Shown in pieces: positions 27,943-36,591 of a stretch of DNA of 64,000 nucleotides. The stretch is from a virus (Duplodnaviria > Caudoviricetes): positions 1,353 through 65,352 of IMG/VR virus record IMGVR_UViG_3300027804_000069. The stretch is one strand, 5' to 3'. The notes under the pieces are model-generated. The model was given only the letters and a program-made list of their open reading frames with translations, did no database searches and was not told the DNA's origin. How positions within the stretch are numbered: position 1 is the stretch's first letter; each line of letters starts with the position of its first letter. The position numbers and the translations under genes were made by a program.

Positions 27943-29076
27943 TTAATCTAGTCCTTGCATTTGTGGATTTGGTTTCTCTTTTCCCTCTCTGTCCGTCTCT
28001 CTCAAAATGATTGCTTCAGCTATTTCGCTTTCGTCAATATTGTTGATATAGTCTTTTGGTCTACGTCCTCTTTTACCGTTTCCTGTCTTTCTTTGTTTCA
28101 TAGCTTCTTGATATGAACTATTGCCACCATTAGCTTTTGCTGCGTTTTCAGACCAAATCTTTTCCTTTTGTCTTTGTTCCATCAGCTTTGCCTTCCCTGT
28201 CGTAGGAACTTGTTTTTCTACTACAATAGAGTTTACTACTGCCTCATTTGAATTGAAGTTATCAAAATCTTCAGTTGCTTGGTATGTAGGTGTAGGAGTT
28301 GGTTTTGGCTCTGTAGGCTTTGGTGCACTTGGTTTTGGCTGTGATACAACTCCGCTAGATTTGATGGCTGCAGTATTTTCTACTAAAGCGTTAATTAAAT
28401 CGTTTGCGGTTGATTTCATTTGATAAATCAAAACACTCTTTACAGCAATATCCTTACCAAAAGCAAAGAGTACATACTGCTCGTCAGTCATACCTGCACC
28501 TCTTTTTTCAAGGATTCTTACAAGTGGTGGCTTAACGTCTTTTTTGAACTCTCTACTTACTACTAAAGTATCTTTTGTCTGATTGTTAAACTCTTCAATA
28601 AATTCACCTGCAGAAATAGTAGAACCATCTGCCGTTGGCACTTGAATAGACAAATCTAATTCACCCTCAGCTTGAAGTTTTTTAATTTTCTTTTCAGGAA
28701 TTTTTAGGAACATATTTCCCCATGAGTTGATTTGCTCATAGGTATCTAAAATGATTGTTGCTAAATGTTCTGCACCCGCTTTCTTTTCAGCATCACTTGC
28801 TTGATTCATGGCAGGGTTTACAGGAGCTGAATCGTTTTTACGACCACCGCCACCGCCACCATCACCCCCTAACATATCGTAAGGGTTTTCTCTTGTATTT
28901 ATAGACTGAGGCTGAAATGAAGGCTCAGGAATAATAGTTGAAAGTTGGTCTTGAGAAACAAAGCCCGTTGGCTGACTGTATGGTTTATCATTTACGTTGT
29001 CACTAAAGGGCATAAACTCCCTTTTAGGCTCTGTGAATGTTTGCTGATTTTGTTGCTGTTCAGTCTGATTTTCCAT
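27943..29076 (-). CDS. hypothetical protein upstream of the ATPase, possible packaging accessory
   Basis: 377 aa with low-complexity ends; role is inference from position. Confidence 0.65.
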   Translation of the reverse strand: MENQTEQQQNQQTFTEPKREFMPFSDNVNDKPYSQPTGFVSQDQLSTIIPEPSFQPQSINTRENPYDMLGGDGGGGGGRKNDSAPVNPAMNQASDAEKKAGAEHLATIILDTYEQINSWGNMFLKIPEKKIKKLQAEGELDLSIQVPTADGSTISAGEFIEEFNNQTKDTLVVSREFKKDVKPPLVRILEKRGAGMTDEQYVLFAFGKDIAVKSVLIYQMKSTANDLINALVENTAAIKSSGVVSQPKPSAPKPTEPKPTPTPTYQATEDFDNFNSNEAVVNSIVVEKQVPTTGKAKLMEQRQKEKIWSENAAKANGGNSSYQEAMKQRKTGNGKRGRRPKDYINNIDESEIAEAIILRETDREGKEKPNPQMQGLD

Positions 29077-29081
29077 GATGG

Positions 29082-29501
29082 TTATTTATTTAATAGTGTT
29101 TTGTCTAGTTTGTCTTTTATTTTGATATAAGGTAAATCCGATTTATATTTTGGGTTCAAAGATTCAACAAGTATTTTGTACTTGCTGATATTTGTCTTAT
29201 GCCTAGATATGAATACAGAATCACTTATTTCTCTTATTGTCATATTTTGGTAAAGGTAATAAACACAAAAGCCAACAGCAAACTTGTTGTCCCCCCTAGC
29301 GTATTTAGAATACAGCAAAGAGTCCACTTCCATACCGAAGGCTTCAGAAACGGAGTTTAATACCAAGTTTATGTAAGGGTTATCAAAAGAGGTTACTTTA
29401 CCATCTTCTATTGTAAGAGCAGCCATTGTCTTGTCATAGCCATTCTTTTTGAAGTAACTGACAAATGTGTCAAGAGCTGTGAGTGTATTATCAAGAGTCA
29501 T
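29082..29501 (-). CDS. DnaA C-terminal-like helix-turn-helix protein
   Basis: VLNSVSEAFGMEVDSLL...CVYYLYQNMTIREIS...RHKTNIS resembles the DnaA domain IV pattern. Confidence 0.55.
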   Translation of the reverse strand: MTLDNTLTALDTFVSYFKKNGYDKTMAALTIEDGKVTSFDNPYINLVLNSVSEAFGMEVDSLLYSKYARGDNKFAVGFCVYYLYQNMTIREISDSVFISRHKTNISKYKILVESLNPKYKSDLPYIKIKDKLDKTLLNK

Positions 29502-29518
29502 GGTTATTTTTTATGTTA

Positions 29519-29526
29519 CAAATGTA
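29519..29526 (-). promoter_or_regulatory. Bacteroidota-type -7 promoter box TACATTTG
   Basis: Perfect TAnnTTTG, 17 nt upstream of ATG 29501. Confidence 0.6.
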
Positions 29527-29543
29527 TTTATTTTATATCGAAA

Positions 29544-29945
29544 TTACCAACCTGATATTATATTTTTTAATTTACTTCCATTTTCCTTAAACCACTCTTT
29601 GCCTATCACTCGCAGCTTTACATCAGGGTGATATTTAGCCATTCTTTTTATCTTGGTAGCTGACTTACTATCCATGTAACCTTTAACCTCAATCCACTCA
29701 TCGTTTCCACTAGGGAAAACAACCCGAAAATCAGGTTTGTAGTTATTTGTTCCCCTTTTTATACCTTCAAAATAAAAGGTTTTTGGCTCATGTTCCCACT
29801 CTACAATGTGTTTATGCTTTTTCATAAACTCCAAATACAAAGCATATCTATATTCCCACCTACTTCTATAAAAGTTTCTTTTACCACCAATTTCAGCCCA
29901 TTCTTGTTTCCAAGTGGACTTCCCATCTTTTAAGTGTATTTGCAT
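29544..29945 (-). CDS. PD-(D/E)XK nuclease (DUF1064-like)
   Basis: YRSRWE, YKPDF, IEVKGY. Confidence 0.8.
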   Translation of the reverse strand: MQIHLKDGKSTWKQEWAEIGGKRNFYRSRWEYRYALYLEFMKKHKHIVEWEHEPKTFYFEGIKRGTNNYKPDFRVVFPSGNDEWIEVKGYMDSKSATKIKRMAKYHPDVKLRVIGKEWFKENGSKLKNIISGW

Positions 29946-30586
29946 TATAGTCCGTATCTAGCTTTGAAGTCTCTGTCTTTTACGATTGTCTCCACACAAA
30001 AAAGTGAAAAATCGTTGTCTGAAGGATAGTGAAGACCCAAATAAATTCTTGAGTATTCAATGTCCTTTGCCAAAGAATCAAAGTAGCCGAATTTTTCAGG
30101 AAAATGATTTCCTAATACATGACAAATCAAAGCTACCTGAAATGTATGTCCTGCAGGATATGAAGGTGTTTCAGCCGAAGTTGAGCTGAAAGGGAATAGT
30201 TTTAGTTTGTAGTGCTGTGCTAGTTGGTAAGGTCTAGGACGCTGAAAATGATACTTTAATTTCAGAATAACAGGTAGGCTTTCGTCAATAATCTTATCTA
30301 TTAATTCAGCACCTTTATCCCCTAAATCTTGACTTAAAATAACACTAGCAAAGATTCTTTCAATAGATGCGTCATACGACTTATATCTTTTAAGGGTCTC
30401 TTCGTCTGCCTTTACATCACCAATAAAATCAACCAATTCGTTTAGCTCCTCTCTTGTAGCTTTAGAGCTATTTAAAGGGAAACCAAATTTGATTAATTGA
30501 GGCAAATGTTTATCTAATGGGCTTTCAGCCTCTAAATAAGGTAATTGCCTTTGCGTTGGATTGCCGTATGTTATTGAATCAAGCAT
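29945..30586 (-). CDS. PAP2/vanadium-haloperoxidase-family phosphatase
   Basis: KYHFQRPRP, PSYPAGH, SRIYLGLHYPSD. Confidence 0.85.
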   Translation of the reverse strand: MLDSITYGNPTQRQLPYLEAESPLDKHLPQLIKFGFPLNSSKATREELNELVDFIGDVKADEETLKRYKSYDASIERIFASVILSQDLGDKGAELIDKIIDESLPVILKLKYHFQRPRPYQLAQHYKLKLFPFSSTSAETPSYPAGHTFQVALICHVLGNHFPEKFGYFDSLAKDIEYSRIYLGLHYPSDNDFSLFCVETIVKDRDFKARYGL

Positions 30587-30619
30587 AATTGTTTATGGTT
30601 ATTTTGTGTTTTTATATTT

Positions 30620-31054
30620 TTATATTTTCTCCCAAGTTGTTGTGAACCCTTGTCCAAGAGGTGCTCCTGTTTGTTTTCTACGATATTCGTAAGTGCCATA
30701 TTTTGTAGTTAGCCTATCACCTACATTACCTCCTCTTATATTTCCGTATTTTTGTTTTAGAGCTTCAAAAAGAACAATTTGTTCAATAATTTTTTGGTCT
30801 TGTTCAGGTGTATTAATTCCTACTAGTGGCATTCCATATTTGTCTCTACGAATTGGATTCTTACCTTCATCTACAACTCTTGTATCATTTACAAGTGGAT
30901 TGATACCTGCTCCAATGCCCCCACCGCCTCTTGCGACTACATCTTCGTATGTCTGTCCACTTGCAGTTTGGGCTTTTTTACCCATTCTAGTATAAACGTA
31001 GACCACTAATGCAGCTACACCCAAGCCAACTAATATCTTTTTATTTTTTGTCAT
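30620..31054 (-). CDS. N-anchored membrane protein
   Basis: KILVGLGVAALVVYVY. Confidence 0.7.
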   Translation of the reverse strand: MTKNKKILVGLGVAALVVYVYTRMGKKAQTASGQTYEDVVARGGGGIGAGINPLVNDTRVVDEGKNPIRRDKYGMPLVGINTPEQDQKIIEQIVLFEALKQKYGNIRGGNVGDRLTTKYGTYEYRRKQTGAPLGQGFTTTWEKI

Positions 31055-31267
31055 CTATTTATTTTTTAAATAATTATTGCCGTTATATACCAAAGTAGTA
31101 AGTCCTAAAACGAATAAACCAACCCTGATAGGATTGGATAAACTCTTTTGACTAGCTACATAAAAGCAAAATGGTGCAACTACAAAGACATCAACAAGCC
31201 TTATCTGTTGTACAGACAAAATTGGGCTATAAGTTATTGTAGTTTCTTTTTTTGTCATTTTAGCCAA
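31055..31267 (-). CDS. small two-TM protein
   Basis: IRLVDVFVVAPF...LGLTTLVYNG. Confidence 0.7.
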   Translation of the reverse strand: MAKMTKKETTITYSPILSVQQIRLVDVFVVAPFCFYVASQKSLSNPIRVGLFVLGLTTLVYNGNNYLKNK

Positions 31268-31652
31268 GTCTCATTACAGGTCTTTTACCTCTAGAACCTG
31301 ATGCGTTTACTTCTGCAGTCTTTTTAGCAGCAAGTTGTGCACTCTCTAACTTACCGATTCTCTCGATTACGTCATTGTAAGCTGTTTTCTCCATAGCCAT
31401 CATAAGCCTGAAGTATTGTATTGCATAAATACCTACACCTACTATCAAAGCAGATACGGACACCTCTACAATATTAATATCAGCAAACCAACCTTTGATA
31501 CCACCGCTACTTGCTGTTTCACCACCTTCTGCCATAGCAGGAGCAGGTGCTGCAGGTGCGGGTGCTGCCATAGGCATAGGAGCTGCTGCGGGTGCAGGAG
31601 CAGGTGTGCTTACGGGTGCAGGAGGTGCACTATTTTCTATTGTTGTATTCAT
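31260..31652 (-). CDS. Pro/Ala-rich membrane protein with MAEGG motif
   Basis: PAPAPA tract, PAMAEGGE, central TM. Confidence 0.75.
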   Translation of the reverse strand: MNTTIENSAPPAPVSTPAPAPAAAPMPMAAPAPAAPAPAMAEGGETASSGGIKGWFADINIVEVSVSALIVGVGIYAIQYFRLMMAMEKTAYNDVIERIGKLESAQLAAKKTAEVNASGSRGKRPVMRLG

Positions 31653-31653
31653 T

Positions 31654-32217
31654 TTAATCTTTTTTCTTTTTGGCTACTAAATAGATGCCTAATGCAACAA
31701 GCAATAACCACCAATAACTTTTCTTTTTTGGTTCAGGTGCAGCCTCTTCATCACCGCCACCGCCTCCACCACCGCCAATGGGTCTAATGCCTAAATTGGT
31801 TGCAGGTAAAACAGGGATAACAGGGATTGCAGGTACGACTACGTTTGTATCAGGTTTTGGTGCTGCAGTAGTAGTGCTTGTAGTAGTACTTGTTGTAGTA
31901 CTATCTTCAGGCTTATTGCAATACCTTTGAAACATATCATAAGCAGCCATTGTCTGCTCAGGAGTTGCCGAACCACCGCCATTAGTAGAAATATAAGTAG
32001 CTAAATTGGCACAAAAGTTAGGAGAATCAAGAGTAGGCAAAGGCATACCTGAACCACCACTAATTGTATCTTTAGTAGTATCATTAGGGTTCGTAGGAGC
32101 ACCATCTTGATTTACAAACTCAGCCTTTCCCGTATTAATATCATACGAGTGGTTTCGAGGTTTTACGAATTTATCTTCGCCCTCGAATATAATGACCTTT
32201 TCCTTCTTTTTTGCCAT
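31654..32217 (-). CDS. C-anchored protein with Thr-rich mucin-like stretch
   Basis: STTTSTTTSTTT; YWWLLLVALGIYLVAKKKKD. Confidence 0.75.
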   Translation of the reverse strand: MAKKKEKVIIFEGEDKFVKPRNHSYDINTGKAEFVNQDGAPTNPNDTTKDTISGGSGMPLPTLDSPNFCANLATYISTNGGGSATPEQTMAAYDMFQRYCNKPEDSTTTSTTTSTTTAAPKPDTNVVVPAIPVIPVLPATNLGIRPIGGGGGGGGDEEAAPEPKKKSYWWLLLVALGIYLVAKKKKD

Positions 32218-32222
32218 AACAC

Positions 32223-32342
32223 TTATTTTAGTTGGGCTGCAGCTCTTTTAATAGCATCAGTCCATTTTTCACCTTGTTTGCGGATTTTTTTAGCCAATTT
32301 AGCAATATCTGCTACGTTGATTTTCTTTTTAGCTGTTGCCAT
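32223..32342 (-). CDS. 39-aa basic peptide MATAKKKINVADIAKLAKKIRKQGEKWTDAIKRAAAQLK
   Basis: Not in the track; fills the gap; Lys/Arg-rich amphipathic helix. Confidence 0.75.
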   Translation of the reverse strand: MATAKKKINVADIAKLAKKIRKQGEKWTDAIKRAAAQLK

Positions 32343-32360
32343 CTTTATATTTTTTTGTGA

Positions 32361-32468
32361 TTATTGACCACTTTTCCAAGCAGAACTGATAACTCTAACG
32401 GTTACATAAAGCACTAATAAACTAAGACCAATGCCTACTGCTGTTGATACGATTCCTTTCTTTTCCAT
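32361..32468 (-). CDS. 35-aa membrane micropeptide MEKKGIVSTAVGIGLSLLVLYVTVRVISSAWKSGQ
   Basis: Not in the track; first gene after a promoter; shares WKSGQ with 23652..23753. Confidence 0.8.
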   Translation of the reverse strand: MEKKGIVSTAVGIGLSLLVLYVTVRVISSAWKSGQ

Positions 32469-32497
32469 GATTTTTATTTTTTTGATTTAAAAATAAG

Positions 32498-32511
32498 TTG
32501 TATAAAATTAG
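32498..32511 (-). promoter_or_regulatory. promoter-like 14-mer CTAATTTTATACAA (copy 1)
   Basis: Identical copy at 52302-52315; both precede long minus-strand operons. Confidence 0.6.
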
Positions 32512-32552
32512 CAATTATTTCTAATTGCCACTATTTTTTTTATTTATTTGGA

Positions 32553-33080
32553 CTATCCTTCGTCTGCAAAGCCTTTTACGACTAAATTAGACTTGGTGTC
32601 CTCAAATGCGTTATTCCAAAAGTTCTTTTCGTCTCCTGTGAATGATTTGTCCTGAAATACATCAAAACCTGCACTTTTAGAAACACCCCATACACCACTT
32701 ACAATACCCTCTTCACTACCTGTAAATGAATGCTGTTCGTCCTTGTTTCTAAGTATTTTGTGAACTAACCCTCTTTTAAGGATTTCAATTCTGTCAAAGA
32801 AACGCTGTCCATTTGGTTGAATAGACGTACCGAACTTAATACCCCAATCGTAAGCTATTAGGTAACTAGATTCACCTCTTAAAACAAAAGGCTTACCATT
32901 TATGGTTAAGTTAGCTATCCCCTTTTCATAATCAACACTATCTACCTTAATTTCAGGTGACCATACGTTGTTTTTGTAAAAGCTATAAAGACCAAAAACG
33001 GCTACAATACCTGTTGATATTGCTGCTATCTTCAGAAATACGCTATTTGCCTTGCTCAATCTACTTGTTATGTCTGCCAT
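32553..33080 (-). CDS. N-anchored membrane protein with two SFTG motifs (start revised to ATG 33080)
   Basis: The longer track start overlaps the endolysin; TM IAAISTGIVAVFGLY. Confidence 0.65.
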   Translation of the reverse strand: MADITSRLSKANSVFLKIAAISTGIVAVFGLYSFYKNNVWSPEIKVDSVDYEKGIANLTINGKPFVLRGESSYLIAYDWGIKFGTSIQPNGQRFFDRIEILKRGLVHKILRNKDEQHSFTGSEEGIVSGVWGVSKSAGFDVFQDKSFTGDEKNFWNNAFEDTKSNLVVKGFADEG

Positions 33081-33081
33081 A

Positions 33082-33681
33082 CTATGCCATTGTTGAATGA
33101 AGTGAATCAAAATGTTTTTGCCTATCAGCCAAACCAATAGTGCCTCCATTTACCCTTTTGGTAACTGCAAGTACCACTTCGTGACCATGACCTTTGTCAC
33201 AAATATCCCACAATTTATTCTTATTAAAGAAAAAAGCTGCACTCATAAGCGGATATTTACTTGCCACTAAATCAGGGTCTGCTAAAATATCGTCCTCTAC
33301 AAACTTATCAAAGTCTGTGTAATTAAACTTGCCTGTGGTTTGCAAAAATCCACGTCCTCTGAATCTAAAACCATCACCACTAGCCTCATCACCATTACCC
33401 ATACGGCTGCCATATACTCGATTTGCAATCTTTTCAGGCTGTCTTGCATACTTTGCAGCTAGTTCAGCAGTTGGGAAGTATTTAGGGAAAATCTTACGAA
33501 GTCCATCTGCAGAGTAATTTAGGTTTTCTCTTACAAACTTGAAATTTCCACTTTCGTGAGCACATTGAGCCAAGAAGTGACTAAGCCTCAAAGGGTTTGA
33601 AACTCCAAACTTTTCCATAATTGCAGGTATTTCATCTAATACTGCTTGAGGTAATTTTGATTGTAATTTTGAAATATCCAT
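33082..33681 (-). CDS. GH19-family endolysin
   Basis: FLAQCAHESGNF, RGRGFLQTTGKFNY, TKRVNGG. Confidence 0.9.
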   Translation of the reverse strand: MDISKLQSKLPQAVLDEIPAIMEKFGVSNPLRLSHFLAQCAHESGNFKFVRENLNYSADGLRKIFPKYFPTAELAAKYARQPEKIANRVYGSRMGNGDEASGDGFRFRGRGFLQTTGKFNYTDFDKFVEDDILADPDLVASKYPLMSAAFFFNKNKLWDICDKGHGHEVVLAVTKRVNGGTIGLADRQKHFDSLHSTMA

Positions 33682-33685
33682 ATCG

Positions 33686-34120
33686 TTATTTTATTGTTAT
33701 GTCTTTATTTATACCAACGGAGTAAGATGCAAAAGAATCTCCGAAAGCACTTTGTACCCCATAGCTGAGGACAAATGAATATTCTTTTTTCAAAGGTATT
33801 GTATAATTAAAATCATACTCCATTGTTATGTCTTTGTGATGATAAAAATACCCTATGGCTGCACTTACGCTAAATTTATCATAGATTGGAAATGTTGCCA
33901 TTAATTCCTGATAAAAGTCTTTACTATCATAAGTCCACCAACCGCTATTTATACCAACCGCTGTTTTACCAAAATATCTACCTACTTCTACTGTTGCTCC
34001 TAACAAGTTTTTAGTATCATTTAAAGGTGTATTGAATGCTACGTTTGGAGCAGCCATTACATAGTACTGACCTTTAGCTTGTAAGGTAAAAAATAAAAGC
34101 ATTATTACAATCAGTCTCAT
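33686..34120 (-). CDS. small outer-membrane beta-barrel-like protein
   Basis: Sec signal ending AKG|Q; amphipathic aromatic beta strands. Confidence 0.6.
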   Translation of the reverse strand: MRLIVIMLLFFTLQAKGQYYVMAAPNVAFNTPLNDTKNLLGATVEVGRYFGKTAVGINSGWWTYDSKDFYQELMATFPIYDKFSVSAAIGYFYHHKDITMEYDFNYTIPLKKEYSFVLSYGVQSAFGDSFASYSVGINKDITIK

Positions 34121-34776
34121 TTCTTTTTCTTTTTAACAGCAGCTTTTTTTACAGGCTTTTTAGCAGTTTTCTTTACTGATTTTTTGCCACTAGTCTGTCT
34201 ATTTTTAAAAATATCATATATAATAGAACCCAAAAGAGCAATAGCAAGTGCAATAGCCCCTATCATAAAATTAGAAAACTTATTTAGGAGAACTATCATC
34301 CCTTTCGTCTCTTTAGCACCTATCGTTGTCTGTATGTCTATTAAATCATTTACATATTCTAAAACAGGATAAATTTTTTCATCCATTATTTTAGCCTCTT
34401 CATCAGTAACTATTTCATCCTCAATTATTTTTTCCAAATAAGCATCGGCAGAATCAATGTATTTTTGGGCTTTATCACTTACTTCTTTCTCTTCGCCTGT
34501 TTGATATGTCTTTAAGTAAGCAGCCCACATTGTATCTGTAATAGCCTTTTCTTTTTGAATTGCTACTAAATCAATTTTGCCTCCTTTAATTACTTTAATT
34601 TGGTCTTGTATGGTAGAACCATAGTAATCAAACTTCCTACTTAAATATGGTTGTGGAACTAGCCTATCCTCATATACACTTGTTGCTGTTTCTCTAATGG
34701 TACTTTCCACATACTTACCAAACCCTGAAATAGCTAAAATAATTGCAGTTAATATGATTAATAGGATATTTTTCAT
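34117..34776 (-). CDS. four-helix-bundle sensor (4HB_MCP_1-like) two-TM protein with basic tail
   Basis: TM-SVYEDRLVP...W-x-x-Y-x-x-T...EE-TM; KKSVKKTAKK tail. Confidence 0.6.
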   Translation of the reverse strand: MKNILLIILTAIILAISGFGKYVESTIRETATSVYEDRLVPQPYLSRKFDYYGSTIQDQIKVIKGGKIDLVAIQKEKAITDTMWAAYLKTYQTGEEKEVSDKAQKYIDSADAYLEKIIEDEIVTDEEAKIMDEKIYPVLEYVNDLIDIQTTIGAKETKGMIVLLNKFSNFMIGAIALAIALLGSIIYDIFKNRQTSGKKSVKKTAKKPVKKAAVKKKKK

Positions 34777-35108
34777 CGTTTCTTTCTTGGTTTTGTTTGT
34801 TGTTTTTTCATAAATGACATTGGGTCAGAAGCAAATTGTCCACTTATCTTTAATACTCCTTGTATTATTTCAGGACTATTTAAGCCAACTAAACCATATG
34901 CAACAGCTTTATACATTGAGTCCATAGTAAATTGCTCCATGACAAACCACGCAATTAGAGAGGCTATCATAGAACTTATCATTTTTTTTACAACCTCTCC
35001 TCCTGATTGTTGTTCATTTGTGGTTACGAGTCTTGCTACCATCCCTGCTGCACCAATCATTAAAACAACCCAACCGCCATCCAAAAAGTTTTTTATAAAG
35101 TTTTCCAA
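34773..35108 (-). CDS. holin-like multi-TM protein
   Basis: Three hydrophobic segments, basic C-terminus, upstream of the endolysin. Confidence 0.55.
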   Translation of the reverse strand: MENFIKNFLDGGWVVLMIGAAGMVARLVTTNEQQSGGEVVKKMISSMIASLIAWFVMEQFTMDSMYKAVAYGLVGLNSPEIIQGVLKISGQFASDPMSFMKKQQTKPRKKR

Positions 35109-35116
35109 CCATTTAT

Positions 35117-35434
35117 TTATTTATAAGCTGATATAAAAGCTACCTTATTCATCTCTTCGGGCTTTATAAGGGCAATACCGCCCTTTTGCTCCAAGTACTG
35201 AACTTTGGTGTTTAAAGATGCTACCGAGCTATCACAATGCCTAATATGCTCTGTTTTAACGCTATCCCTATATTCTAGCATTGTTATCCTTTTGTCCTGA
35301 CTATCTGTGTATTTATGAAATGTTCCTTTCATATCTGCATAGACGTAAATAATACCTAATAGAACAATAAATAGCATAGCTACTATTGGGTTCTTTGCGA
35401 AAGTCTTATAGTCCATCGGGAGTTTGTTTTCCAT
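35117..35434 (-). CDS. TM plus coiled-coil protein, lysis-cassette associated
   Basis: FAKNPIVAMLFIVLLGIIYVY. Confidence 0.55.
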   Translation of the reverse strand: MENKLPMDYKTFAKNPIVAMLFIVLLGIIYVYADMKGTFHKYTDSQDKRITMLEYRDSVKTEHIRHCDSSVASLNTKVQYLEQKGGIALIKPEEMNKVAFISAYK

Positions 35435-35703
35435 TATGCTTCGGTTTCAGATTCTTTAGTACTTTTTTCTAAATTCTTATTTCCAAAAATGGCTTCAGCT
35501 CCTGAAATGCCTAGACAACCAAAAGTTGTATACATCAAGCCATTAAAAACGATTGGTTCTATTACAAACTCTTTATGCAAAGCCCCTGTAACCACATCTG
35601 TTAAGCCATAAACTATCATTGTTACAAATGAAATAAAACCGACTACGGTCTTTGAGTTTATATCACTTTTGTCAGAGAACATTTTGATTAAAAACTGCTT
35701 CAT
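35434..35703 (-). CDS. two-TM holin-like protein
   Basis: INSKTVVGF...LGISGAE pattern of small phage membrane proteins. Confidence 0.5.
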   Translation of the reverse strand: MKQFLIKMFSDKSDINSKTVVGFISFVTMIVYGLTDVVTGALHKEFVIEPIVFNGLMYTTFGCLGISGAEAIFGNKNLEKSTKESETEA

Positions 35704-35743
35704 ATATTTTCTATTTAGTAATTAAAATTAAGTATATTTTTGG

Positions 35744-36058
35744 TTACAAATAAATATTTACTATTACAAAGGCTAAAACCCAAAGTATTTTGTCTGCATA
35801 AAAACCTGCACTTCCCCTCTTATGCCTGTCCTTCTCATGCCTCATTTTGTAGGCTTTCCTACGTCTTTTGGCAAATTCTAGCCCTTTTTTCTGTTTCCAC
35901 AAATAAAAATCGTTCATACCCAAAGCTCCGATTGAAGCCACCTTTTCACCTTTGGCATTAAAAACATCAACCTTCTTACCTTTTACGGCAGAAGGTTTAA
36001 TGCTTACTCCTAGCTTTTTTGCAGCAGCGTAACTTCCTTTCGATATGTTGTATGCCAT
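35744..36058 (-). CDS. basic protein resembling DUF5754
   Basis: GALGMNDF...RRKAYKMRH...SAGFYADKILW. Confidence 0.55.
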   Translation of the reverse strand: MAYNISKGSYAAAKKLGVSIKPSAVKGKKVDVFNAKGEKVASIGALGMNDFYLWKQKKGLEFAKRRRKAYKMRHEKDRHKRGSAGFYADKILWVLAFVIVNIYL

Positions 36059-36059
36059 A

Positions 36060-36566
36060 TTAGTCTTCTTTCATCATTACCCTTCCTAGTGTAATTGCAG
36101 CTACAAGACCACCCAAAACCCATAAAGCCCAATTTGAACTCTCCTCCTTCTTTGGCTCAGGAGCAGGGGCAGGGGCAGGAGCAGGTGTTGGAGCAGGGGC
36201 AGGAGCAGGACTTGGTGCAGGAGCAGGTGTAGGAGGGGTAACTCCACCTTTTGCAGCCAAATCCTTTTTAGCCTTTCCTTCTAGCATTCTTGCTGTGTTT
36301 GCAGCATAAATATCTTTATTCTTAAACCATAGAGAAACCTTACCCACTAGCACGTCATCAGCTTGTTCTACTAGATTTCTTAATTCGTCTAACTCTTCTT
36401 GTAATTCCGCTTTGTCTTCGTCATCTACATCATTAAAATCATTTTGTATGTCTACAAGTGATTCGTATTGAGTGTAAAAGTCTTTAATGGCTTTTTTGAT
36501 TGGCTGTGACATTTGTTCTTTGTCAATGCCTAATTCCTCGATTTTCTGTTCAAATTTGATTGTCAT
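36060..36566 (-). CDS. C-anchored coiled-coil protein with PA hinge
   Basis: PAPAPSPAPAPAPTPAP then WALWVLGGLVAAI. Confidence 0.75.
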   Translation of the reverse strand: MTIKFEQKIEELGIDKEQMSQPIKKAIKDFYTQYESLVDIQNDFNDVDDEDKAELQEELDELRNLVEQADDVLVGKVSLWFKNKDIYAANTARMLEGKAKKDLAAKGGVTPPTPAPAPSPAPAPAPTPAPAPAPAPEPKKEESSNWALWVLGGLVAAITLGRVMMKED

Positions 36567-36591
36567 TTTTCTTTGTTTTATTGGTTATGTT

